Assembly: GCA_950097015.1 (NCBI GenBank)
Contig: CATNEN010000037.1
Location: 1,798,001 to 1,862,000 of the forward strand
Source of the DNA: Macrostomum hystrix
Lineage: Eukaryota; Animalia; Platyhelminthes
Direction of reading: 5' to 3'
DNA: 64,000 nt
Below, piece after piece: positions 49,481-61,000 of the stretch. Below the pieces are notes generated by a model. It was given only the letters and a program-made list of their open reading frames with translations, was not told where the DNA came from and ran no database searches. The position numbers and the translations under genes were made by a program. Each line of letters starts with the position of its first letter. Positions within the stretch are counted from its first letter, which is position 1.

Positions 49481-50406
49481 GAGTTGTATCTGCTGCTCCT
49501 GTGTGCTGAAGGCTGGGAGGGGATTAGTTGGGCACGAGGGATAGCTCAGGAGATTATGAGTCTGCTTACCTGCGTGTCTTGTTTTTTTTGACAAGCGCAA
49601 TCACCACCTGTAGCGGCAGGCCCTTGCCTGTAGGATATTTAATTAGCTTCATATTTCAAGGACCATATTTGTTATTTGTAATACCTATTTCTTTGAAATC
49701 GGATGTCCTTTTCATTCTGTTGTCTGTTATCATGGGGTTTTATTACGTATTTTTCTAACGTTTTTTAAAAAAATTTCTGAGTTCATTACTGTCAATTATT
49801 CGTCATAGAATGCATAGGTTTTACTAGACATAGAATGCAATAGCTACATTAGAAATTTTTATGTGTGTTCTAATCTCGCGCCTAATTCCGATGCATTATT
49901 GAATTTCTTTAGCTTTTGATATAATCAGGTTCACAATGTTAAAACAAATTTCTAAAGGTTATTTGCGTAGTGCCTGTTCTATATTCTCTCGGTGAATTTT
50001 CTCACATCTAATTATTTATTATGGCTATTCCATTCAATACAATAAATGTGCGTTTATATCGTTTTATCTAGATGTCTTTTAATGCGTCTTAATTCTTGAA
50101 TTTTACCGCATCAATTGATGCGTTCAGTCCATGGACTGTTAGGCCGCCACACCCACCCAAAATTATACCCCTGCAGGTGCTAGCACCAATTTTACCGCTA
50201 GGTAAACTAAAGCAATAGAAAATTAAGTGTCTTGCTTCTAAGGACTGAAATTGTTTTCCAATTGGGCTGCGATTCGAACTTCTGACCTCTCGATAAGGAT
50301 TCCTAAACTCCGACTTGCCGGAAGTTGTAAAATGTAGATCAATACACAATAGAAAATACAAATTAAGCTTTCTTAATAGTTTCTTAAGACCTTGTTTCTT
50401 TCACAT

Positions 50407-50440
50407 TGACGTCACTTCTCATCACTCTGATGACGTCATC
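50407..50440. promoter_or_regulatory. Two full CRE/ATF palindromes (TGACGTCA) just upstream of SHOC2
   Basis: TGACGTCA at 50407-50414 and 50431-50438; the second lies within the 12-bp palindrome GATGACGTCATC. Function is inferred, not shown. Confidence 0.45.
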
Positions 50441-50472
50441 GCCAAATGATTGCATAATAATCTTCAGCACGA

Positions 50473-53400
50473 ATGGCCACCGGCGGTTCAGCCGGCGGAC
50501 ACGCAGCAAGCGGCGGCGGCGGCGGCTCCCAGGTCTCTGTTGTCGGCTCCTCCGCAGCGGCAGTTGGCGCCGCAGTTGGCGGCGGCGTCGTAGGTCCCGC
50601 CGGCGATGAAGCGGCGTCGCTCGGCTCGCCGGAGGACCCGTCGCGCAGCCAGTGCACCAGTCCGTTTGTTGTGGAGGACACCCACGCACTGATGCAAGAC
50701 TTCGACCAGCTCAGCATAGCCAAGAAGTCATCAATGTGCAGCGGCAGCTCGCCGGATCCCAAGAAGACCAAGGTGACCGTACAGAGGCCCGGCGAAGTCA
50801 AAGCGGTCACCTGCGGCCCAGTACCTGTGAAGAAGAGCAAGAAGACTGACCAGGACGCCGTGAAGGAGATTCAGCGATGCCGCGAGGACAACGACAACCG
50901 GCTAGACTTGAGCAAATGCCAGATCACCGCCCTGCCGCCCTGCATCAAAGATCTGGCTGCCAATCTCACTGAGCTCTACCTCTACTCAAACAAACTGGTC
51001 AGTCTGCCTATTGAGATTGGTCACCTGTACGGACTGGAGATTCTCATGCTGCAGGTTAGCATTGTCGTCCACGTCCTTAAATAGAAACTGTCTTTATCCC
51101 AAACGTTTTTTTATTCAATTCCCTAGACTCAATTGTATTTGAGCCATCATTCAATTTCCCATATCACTCCCTTTCCTAAAATCCATCATCAGTTTCCTAG
51201 AATCCATCATCCCGTTTCCTAAAATCCATCATCCCGTTTCCTAAAATCCATCATCCCGTTTCCTAGAATCCATCATTAGTTTCCTAGAATCCATCATCCC
51301 GTTTCTTAAAATCCATCATCCCGATTCCTAGAACCCATCATCCCGTTTCCTAGAATCCATCACCCCGTTTCCTAGAATACATCATCCCGTTTCCTAGAAT
51401 CCATCATCCCGTTTCTTAAAATCCATCATCCCGTTTCCTAGAACCCATCATCCCGTTTCCTAGAATCCAACATTCCGTTTCCTAAAATCCATCACCCCGT
51501 TTCCTAGAATACATCATCCCGTTTTCTAGAATCCATCACCCCGTTTCCTAGAATCCATCATCCCGTTTCTTAAAATCCATCATCCCGTTTCCTAGAACCC
51601 ATCATCCCGTTTCCTAGAATCCAACATTCCGTTTCCTAAAATCCATCACCCCGTTTCCTAGAATACATCATCCCGTTTTCTAGAATCCATCATCTCGTTT
51701 CCTAGAATCCATCATCCCGTTTCCTAGAATCCAACATTCCGTTTCCTAAAATCCATCACCCCGTTTCCTAGAATACATCATCCCGTTTTCTAGAATCCAT
51801 CATCTCGTTTCCTAGAATCCATCATCCCGTTTCATAGAATCCAACATTCTGTTTCCTAGAATCCATCATCCCGTTTCCTAGAATCCAACATTCCGTTTCC
51901 TAAAATCCATCACCCCGTTTCCTAGAATACATCATCCCGTTTCCTAGAATCCATCATCCCGTTTCCTAGAATCCATCATTCCGTTTCCTAGAATCCATCA
52001 TCCCGTTTCCTAGAATCCATCATTCCATTTCCTAGAATCCATCATTCCGTTTCCTTGAATCCATCATTCTGTTTTCTTGAATCCATCATTCCGTTTCCTA
52101 GAATCCATCATCCCGTTTCCTAGAATCAATGATCCCAGAATTGCATTCCATCTCTTAGGATCTCACCTTATTTTCTAAAGTCGATCAGCAGCAATTATCA
52201 GGTGTGTTGTTGTCCCAAACCGCAGGAAAACTGCCTGACTAACCTGCCGGACACTCTAGCCAGCTGCAGCCGGCTGCGTATGCTGGATGTTCGGCACAAC
52301 AAGCTGTGCGAAATTCCGCCCGTGATTTTCAAGCTGATCGGCCTCACCCACCTGCTGCTGCGTTTCAATCGCATTCGCGAGGTGGAAGACGACCTCAGAC
52401 AGCTCACCAAACTCCAGATCCTCAGCCTTAGAGAGAACAAGATCCGTTCACTGCCTGCTCTGGACTCGCTGCTGGAGCTAGTCACGCTGGATGTGTCCCA
52501 CAATAACCTAGTCGAACTGCCTGACAACATTGGCCAGTGCCTACAGTTGACTACGTTAAATTTGCAGCACAATGAGTTGAAATCTCTGCCTGATTCTATT
52601 GGCTGCCTGCGCAATTTGCAGCATCTGGGCCTGCGGTGAGTTGTACAGTGTACAGGTATAGTTTATAGGTACCTGAATAGAAATGTAAGTTTCACATCAT
52701 GGTCCTTTCCGTCCAGCTACATCAAGCTCACACTTAAATATATTTAAGCAGTTAGTAGATTGAATATATAGAGTAATAAAGCCAAAATGTAATAGCAGAT
52801 CGCAGTCCTCTTAGTGCATTTTATGCGGGAAAAGGCAAATAAAGTATCGCTATTAATCAATAAACCGGCGATTATTATTGCAGGTACAATCACCTGAAGC
52901 AGGTGCCAAAGTCATTAGCCAATTGTGGCCTATTGGACGAGTTCAACCTAGAAGGAAACAATCTGGAGACCCTGCCAGACAGTGTCCTCATGAACCTGAA
53001 CCGCCTGACTAGCATCACTCTGTCCCGAAATTATTTCAAAGCCTTCCCTGGCGGCGGTCCGCAGCAGTTCATCTCCGTGCAGACTCTGAACCTGGATCAC
53101 AACCAGGTCAATAAGATTCCATTCGGCATCTTTAGCCGCGCCGGCAGCCTAACTAAGCTAAATATGCGCGACAATCTGCTGACCGCCCTGCCGCCTGACT
53201 TCAGCAGCTGGGTTAGCCTGGTTGAGCTCAATCTTGGCACCAATCAGCTGGCCCGACTGCCAGAGGATGTGGAAAAGCTGGCCCAACTAGAAGTCCTAGT
53301 TCTTAGTAATAATCAGCTGAAACGGCTGCCATCGACTGTTCGCAATCTGGGCAAGCTCCGAGTACTGGACCTGGAGGAGAACCAATTGGAGGCCCTGCCC

Positions 53401-53754
53401 TCGGAGATTGGCTATGTTAAGTCGCTGCAGCGCCTCATTGTTCAGAGCAACAGGCTGCAGTGCCTGCCGCGAGCTATCGGTATGCTCTCCAATCTGGTCT
53501 ATCTGGCCATTGGTGAGAACGATCTGCATTCGCTGCCTACAGAGATTGGCAGTCTTGGTAAACTGGAGTCGCTATATCTTAATGACAATGTCAACTTGCA
53601 CAATCTGCCAGTTGAGTTGGCCTCTTGTCAGAGTCTGCAGATAATGAGCATCGAAAATTGTCCCCTGTCGCACATACCGGCTGAGATTGTGGCCGGCGGG
53701 CCGTCTCTGGTTATTCAGTACCTCAAGATCCAGGGGCCCTACTGCCAGTTTTAG
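50473..53754 (+). CDS. SHOC2: Leucine-rich repeat protein SHOC-2/SUR-8, 3 exons, about 620 aa
   Basis: Exons 50473-51054, 52226-52635, 52884-53754 (1863 nt). Motifs: [106 protein letters not shown]. Confidence 0.97.
51175..52128. repeat. 22-bp minisatellite (TAGAATCCATCATCCCGTTTCC)n in SHOC2 intron 1
   Basis: About 43 copies. Confidence 0.95.
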
Positions 53755-53959
53755 TTAATTATATACGGTCTATAATCTTGTCTGTCTTTGTTGTGAAACT
53801 AATGCACCTGAAATCGCTTCCTACTATAGATCTGAAGCAACCTGTGAATAAATTGTTTTTTAATGACTATCAGGAAGATATTTCTTATCTTTCCACGGAC
53901 CATTCTTCTCAATTCAAGTTTTCTTTTCCTCGCCTCAATGTACAAACCGTCTTTAGCCA

Positions 53960-54305
53960 ACCTCTACACGCAGTGTACGTGCGCTGCCCCTATAATTAAC
54001 TTTCCTGTCTCCAAATGTACACGCGCTGCCTCCAGTCAAGCACTCTACCCGGAATGTACGCACACTGCCCCCAGTTAATTTTTCTACCCTAAGCGTACAC
54101 ACAGCGCCTCCAGTCAACCTCTCTACCCGAAATGTACGCACGCTGCCCCCCCCGGTTAATTTTTCTACCCTCAACGTACACACATCGCCTCCAGTCAACC
54201 TCTCTACCCGAAATGTACGCACGCTGCCCCCCCCCCGGTTAATTTTTCTACCCTCAACGTACACACATCGCCTCCAGTCAACCTCTCTACCCGAAATGTA
54301 CGCTG
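53960..54305. repeat. ~40-bp alternating (about 80-bp dimer) repeat 3' of SHOC2
   Basis: CTCTACCCGAAATGTACGCAC.. alternates with TTCTACCCTCAACGTACACAC..; the dimer period is about 81 bp (54121 vs 54202). Confidence 0.85.
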
Positions 54306-55748
54306 CACACGAGTCAAATTTTTTTATTTCCTAACATTGACGCTCCCTATTATTAAAAGTTGAGTTATAAAAAATCAATGTGCAATTATTTGTAGAAATT
54401 TTGTCTTATTCTAACTCATAGCCTTAGCAGGTCGATGATGCTTTTACTTTATAGACAACTTGTCTATCTGCTCTGTATTTTTAATAGTGATATTACTCGC
54501 AGTCTGAATTCACTGCTACAGTTAATCTAGTTAATTCTTTAGGTTTATCCTGGCTTTTCAAACGCTTGCTATTGCTGTTTTTGCCTTGCAAACTTGTTTG
54601 AAATAAATATTTTTCTCGGTATACTTTGTCTAAAGATATTTTTACGTGCGTCTTTGATTACGTGCGCTTTTGATTATGATATCTATGGTAGTTTATAGAA
54701 TCATTTTAGTTTCGTTAAGTCTGTTGCTATGCATTGTTGCACCAGATACAGTCGCGTATCAGCCAATCAGAACAGCCGGTTTGACCACGAAAACTCATAA
54801 TATAGAATAGAATAGGAATGACGGAAGTTGAGCTAAATTTAAATCAAATGAGATAGTTCTGAGCAATTGTGTACAGCAACGGTTCTCAGTGTAGTATTTT
54901 AACTGGTCTTAATTTCTGTTTTATTTTGCTGCTTTTTATATTCTTGCTTAGCGTATGCTTTGAACAGCATAGCTGAGAAGTTTAGAAATGCAATTATTTT
55001 ATTAAGACTATTCTGCTTCTAGTCCCTCAGAATATTCAGCAACTGGCAAGCATTCTTCAAATAAATTATCCTACAGTTGTCTTTAGTTCTGTTTATATTC
55101 ACTTCTTTATCGATTTAATCTAAAATTATTGAGAATCATTTGAAAGAGATGCTACGAGTACATTCATTACTCATAAACTATAGTAGTTTATCATGTGATG
55201 CTTATAATTTGCGCTCCAGTTCTGATAGCTTGCCCTTGTTCATTTTTTGCTTAAGCTTTGTGCAATATTCTTCTGTATGACGTGTATATTCTCATTTTTT
55301 GTTACTATATTCTATTTTTGTGGCACTAGTTCGATTTTTTCGGCTATATAATAATGTCACAATGTCAGTTTTTGAAAAATATTCGTACTATCTAAAATGT
55401 ACTTTAACTTATTTATTTTCCGATAATCCCGATAATTGATATACTTCACTATGCTTGAAATTTTTTTTTGTTTTTTTTTATTTTGCGATATTGTCTTTAT
55501 GCTACAAAACAAATTTATTAATTAATTGCTGTGTTACGGCAACTACTTAAAATCACTGAAATAGGTGATTTTTTTAATATAAAATCTCTGTCCGTATTGT
55601 ATTTTGCTGTTTTCATGTCCATTAGTCTGTTTGCTTTACAGTCATATAATTATGAGTATGTTTTAGTCTAGTAAGGGGGTACAGCCTAGTGCTATAGCGC
55701 GGACTCACAACTCGATGGTCGGGACTTACAACTAAAGTCATTGACATT

Positions 55749-56622
55749 CGCCAGGTTCTAGATTGAGAATTCCCTGATCATTTAGTGAACTTCAATCTCT
55801 CCAGGTTCTAGATTGAGAATTCCCTGATCATTTAGTGAACTTCAATCTCGCCAGGTTCTAGATTGAGAATTCCCTGATCATTTAGTGAACTTCAATCTCT
55901 CCAGGTTCTAGATTGAGAATTCCCTGATCATTTAGTGAACTTCAATCTCTCCAGGTTCGAGATTTAGAATTCCCTGATCATTTAGTGAACTTCAGTCTCT
56001 CCAGGTTCTAGATTGAGAATTCCCTGATCATTTAGTGAACTTCAATCTCGCCAGGTTCTAGATTTAGAATTCCCTGATCATTTAGTGAACTTCAGTCTCT
56101 CCAGGTTCTAGATTGAGAATTCCCTGATCATTTAGTGAACTTCAATCTCTCCAGGTTCTAGATGGAGAATTCCCTAACCATTTAGTGAACTTCAATCTCT
56201 CCAGGTTCTAGATTGAGAATTCCCTGATCATTTAGTGAACTTCAATCTCTCCAGGTTCTAGATTGAGAATTCCCTAACCATTTAGTGAACTTCAATCTCT
56301 CCAGGTTCTAGATTGAGAATTCCCTGATCATTTAGTGAACTTCAATCTCGCCAGGTTCTAGATTGAGAATTCCCTGATCATTTAGTGAACTTCAATCTCT
56401 CCAGGTTCTAGATTGAGAATTCCCTGATCATTTAGTGAACTTCAATCTCTCCAGGTTCTAGATTGAGAATTCCCTAACCATTTAGTGAACTTCAATCTCT
56501 CCAGGTTCTAGATTGAGAATTCCCTGATCATTTAGTGAACTTCAATCTCGCCAGGTTCTAGATTGAGAATTCCCTGATCATTTAGTGAACTTCAATCTCG
56601 CCAGATTCTAGATTGAGAATTC
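55749..56622. repeat. 50-bp minisatellite (CCAGGTTCTAGATTGAGAATTCCCTGATCATTTAGTGAACTTCAATCTCT)n
   Basis: About 17 highly homogeneous copies. Confidence 0.95.
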
Positions 56623-57346
56623 GCTCGTTCTTTGTAACTTTTAGAATATCTTCTAGTGCTGTCTTACTGTAAAACGATTGTTAATCCCGGAGAATATATC
56701 AATATCAAGCTTTTTGTTCCTAGAAATCGCCATATTGATTCAAAACTCTAAGCATATCTCTAATATTCCTCAAAAGTTTTGTTGAAAGCTTACCTATTTC
56801 TGTACGTGACGCAATAAAAAGCGTCTTTGAAAGAGTTTATATTTATTCTAACCCGACTAAAATATAGCAGAACAGTATAACCCATCTTATTTGTGATCGT
56901 CTTTCTAAGTGGCTTCGCTGTTGTGCGCATTATATACTACTGCCGCTGGTCAGTAGTGTTTTTACTAATCATTTTTTACTCTTACAAACCTGGCTATAAT
57001 ATTTATACGTGTTATCGTTTGTGTACGGTTACGCAGCAGATGTTTCGCTTCGGTTTTTTGATTTGCCCCTATCTTATCTATATATATATTTATATATATT
57101 ATATTCGTCGCTCTTTGTATTCTAGCATTGTCCTTTTACTGTGTCATTTGGAATTTTATAAAATTCCTGTTTTACGTTTGTCCAGGAAGAAAAGTTTCAG
57201 CAATTCTCTCTAGTGATTCAAGAAAATATAAGTTTTATTATCAAAGCTTTCGTCTCGTAGGTGTTGTGGCGTATTAAAAAGTTTGTCTCCATTGGTTTTT
57301 ATTTCATTTGTTTCAGAGCTCCTAACCAGCCCAATAAACCTCCAAT

Positions 57347-57860
57347 CTACATTCCTATATATTATTTTCCTACCCCTAGGGCTCCAGCCAGCCCCTCTGC
57401 CCCAAATGTACATTCCTATATATTATTTTCCTACCCCCTAGAGCTCCAGCCAGCCCCTCTGCCTCAAATATACATTCCTATATATTATTTTCCTACCCCT
57501 AGAGCTCGAGCCAGCCCCTCTGCCTCAAATATACATTCCTATATATTATTTTCCTACCCCTAGAGCTCCAGCCAGCCCCTCTGCCCCAAATGTACATTCC
57601 TATATATTATTTTCCTACCCCCTAGAGCTCCAGCCAGCCCCTCTGCCTCAAATATACATTCCTATATATTATTTTCCTACCCCTAGAGCTCGAGCCAGCC
57701 CCTCTGCCTCAAATATACATTCCTATATATTATTTTCCTACCCCTAGAGCTCCAGCCAGCCCCTCTGCCACCAATGTACATTCATATTCTTTTTCTACCC
57801 CTAAAGCTCCCAGCCAACCCCTCTGCCTCCAATGTACATTCCTATAGCTCCCAGCCAACC
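57347..57860. repeat. 61-bp minisatellite upstream of NOMO
   Basis: TACATTCCTATATATTATTTTCCTACCCCTAGAGCTCCAGCCAGCCCCTCTGCC(C/T)CAAAT(G/A), about 7-8 copies. Confidence 0.93.
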
Positions 57861-58053
57861 CTATCCTCATCCAATGTACCTGTCTTCCAACTTTTCTATT
57901 AATTAGCTCCAAGCAAACTCACCGACCTTCGTTGTACAGTGAATTAAATTTATTCTTAAAGCAGTGGAAATTTATTATTAAAGAATGGAATTTATTCTTA
58001 TCTATTCTTAAAGCAGTTGCTGACCTGTTTGTCCTAAAATTATTTTGCAGCAC

Positions 58054-61000
58054 ATGCACATGCCGGCCCGAATGCCGTTGTTTTCTCTGCTTCTCCCACT
58101 GCTGCTAGTTGCGGCGCCGTGGCTCTCAGCTGGCCAAGATCCAGTCGGCTGCGGCGGCTTTGTCAGACTGCCGCAGGGCGCCAAAGCGCCAAACTACGCC
58201 AGGATGCGGGTGCAGTTGTACAACGAGCAGGGCAACCTGCGTTTCGTATCGGACATTAGTCCGAATGGCGCCTACTCTGTGCCTGTGTACGAGCGAGGCC
58301 AGCACGCTATTCGACTGTCTGCGCCTGATGGCTGGCACCTGGAGCCCGAGAGTCACCAAGTTGCCGTGCTGGATCAGGTAAGACTAGGGCTTCAGGGCTT
58401 ATATATGTGCACTTTAATGAACTAGTCTGCAATTCGTGGCTTTGTGTAGGGATTCTTATACTACTTTTACCTGGGATCTGAAGGGAATTCGATAACTCTA
58501 CCAAGGGATCTGAAGGGGAATTCGATAACTACCTGGGATCTGAAGGGAAATTCGATAGCTCTAGGGATCTGAAGGGGAATTCGATAGCTCTACCTGGGGA
58601 TCTGAAAGGGCATTTAATTGCTCTACCTAGGGATCTGAAGTGTCAAATTCTTTCCCTCTAAAAATAAAAAAGCAAATTAGCCTCATCACCTGTTTGAACA
58701 CCTGGCCAGGACTCCTGCCAGCGCGACTTGGACTTCCGCCTGCTGGGCTATGCCATATTTGGCTCCGTGCACACCCGGGGCCTGCGCACCGGCCCGCCGG
58801 ACCTGCCGCTGGCTCTCGCCGATCGTCGCTCCGGCGATAAAATTGCCGCTAATGCCACTGACGCAGATGGTCGATTTGTATTTGTCCGCGTGCCGCCTGG
58901 CAAGTACACAGTCCGGCCCGACCTACCGGCCGGCGGCGGCGCCGCAGCTTTCGAAACCGACCATCTGGACGTTGACGTTGTCAATGACAACGCCAGCCCA
59001 GCCGGCGCTCTGGTTGTCAAAGGCTTCGCGGTTTCCGCCGGCATCGGCGGCGGCGTCGGACCGGGCGCCCAGATCTACCTGTACGGCTCCGGCGAGGGAG
59101 TGAAGTGCGAAAAGCCCGGCAAGCCGCACCCGGAATTTCAATCGCCATTGCTGCCATCGGAGCGGCCGCTCTGCCGGGCTGTCGCCGACAATTCCGACGG
59201 CAGTGCCAAGTTTATTGACGTGCCCGGAGGCGAGTACACTCTGGTGCCGTTTCATCCGGATTATCGGATCGAGCCGGACCGCCTCAGCCTGAGGGTCCGG
59301 CACTCCGACCTGCACCTGGGAGTCGTGTTCAAGGTGCGCCTGCGCTGTGTTTAGGGGATTCGAACCTAAATTCGGGTTTTATCCTCGTTTTAACTCTTCA
59401 GTCAGTTATTTTCCCTACGCCTGTTTCCCTACAAATCCGGTTGTTATCCCCTTTCTCCTACTCAGTCCATTGTTATCCCCTTTCTCCTACTCAGTCCATT
59501 GTTATCCCCTTTCTCCTACTCAGTCCATTGTTATCGCCTTTCTCCTACTCAGTCCATTGTTATCCCCTTTCTCCTACTCAGTCCATTGTTATCCCCTTTC
59601 TCCTACTCAGTCCATTGTTATCGCCTTTCTCCTACTCAGTCCATTGTTATCGCCTTTCTCCTACTCAGTCCATTGTTATCGCCTTTCTCCTACTCAGTCC
59701 ATTGTTATCCCCTTTCTCCTACTCAGTCCATTGTTATCGCCTTTCTCCCACCCAGTCCATTGTTATCCCCTTTCTCCCACCCAGTCCATTGTTATCCCCC
59801 TTCTCCTACTCAGTCCATTGTTATCCCCTTTCTCCCACTCAGTCCATTGTTATCCCTTTTCTCCTACTCAGTCCATTGTTATCCCCCTTCTCCTACCCAG
59901 TCCATTGTTATCCCCTTTCTCCCACCCAGTCCATTATTATCCCCTTTCTCCCACTCAGTCCATTGTTATCCCCTTTCTCCTACTCAATCCATTGTTATCC
60001 CCTTTCTCCCACCCAGTCCATTATTATCCCCTTTCTCCCACTCAGTCCATTGTTATCCCCTTTCTCCTACTCAATCCATTGTTATCCCCTTTCTCCCACC
60101 CAGTCCATTATTATCCCCTTTCTCCTACTCAATCCATTGTTATCCCCTTTCTCCTACTCAGTCCATTATTATCCCCTTTCTCCCACTCAGTCCATTATTA
60201 TCCCCTTTCTCCTACTCAGTCCATTGTTATCCCCTTTCTCCTACTCAATCCATTGTTATCCCCTTTCTCCTACTCAGTCCATTGTTATCCCCTTTCTCCT
60301 ACTCAGTCCATTGTTATCCCCTTTCTCCTACTCAGTCCATTGTTATCCCCTTTCTCCTACTCAATCCATTGTTATCCCCTTTCTCCCACCCAGTCCATTA
60401 TTATCCCCTTTCTCCTACTCAGTCCATTGTTATCGCCTTTCTCCTACTCAGTCCATTGTTATCCCCCTTCTCCTACTCAATCCATTGTTATCCCCTTTCT
60501 CCTACTCAATCCATTATTATCCCCTTTCTCCCACCCAGTCCATTGTTATCCCCTTTCTGCCGCCCAATCGGCTGTTATCCTTATTTCACCACTGAGTCAG
60601 TTAGTTATCTCCATTTTCCCACTCGGTTGGCTGACATCCCCTTGATCTCCCAGTACGTTTGTCGATCCCCATCTCCATCTAACAATTAACTCCGCAGGCT
60701 GCCGGTGTTATCCTGCGCGGTCGCGTTGTTGGCCCGGACGGTGGGCCCCTAGCCGGCGCTCGGGTCCGCCTAATCCCCAGCCAGGGTCGTGGGGCGGCAG
60801 CTTCGGAAGTGGAAGCGGAAACTGGCGCGGACGGCCGGTTCCAGCTGCACACGGCCGAGCGCCTGCCCAGCTGGACGGTGCAGGCGACCTACCCGGACAT
60901 GCTGTTCCAGCCCGCTGGCAGCGACTCCCTGGCTTTCGCTACGGACATTCGGCCGGCCAGCTATCGAGTCTGTGGCCGCGCCGAAGGTCTGGGCGTTCGG

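Noticed and set aside
55676-55735. tRNA/SINE-like head before the 50-bp array
   Set aside because: Only an A-box-like segment is present; there is no B box or SINE core.
59347-60689. Three 380-430-aa + ORFs within NOMO
   Set aside because: They are translations of the 29-bp intronic minisatellite, bounded by a proper donor (59334) and acceptor (60697).
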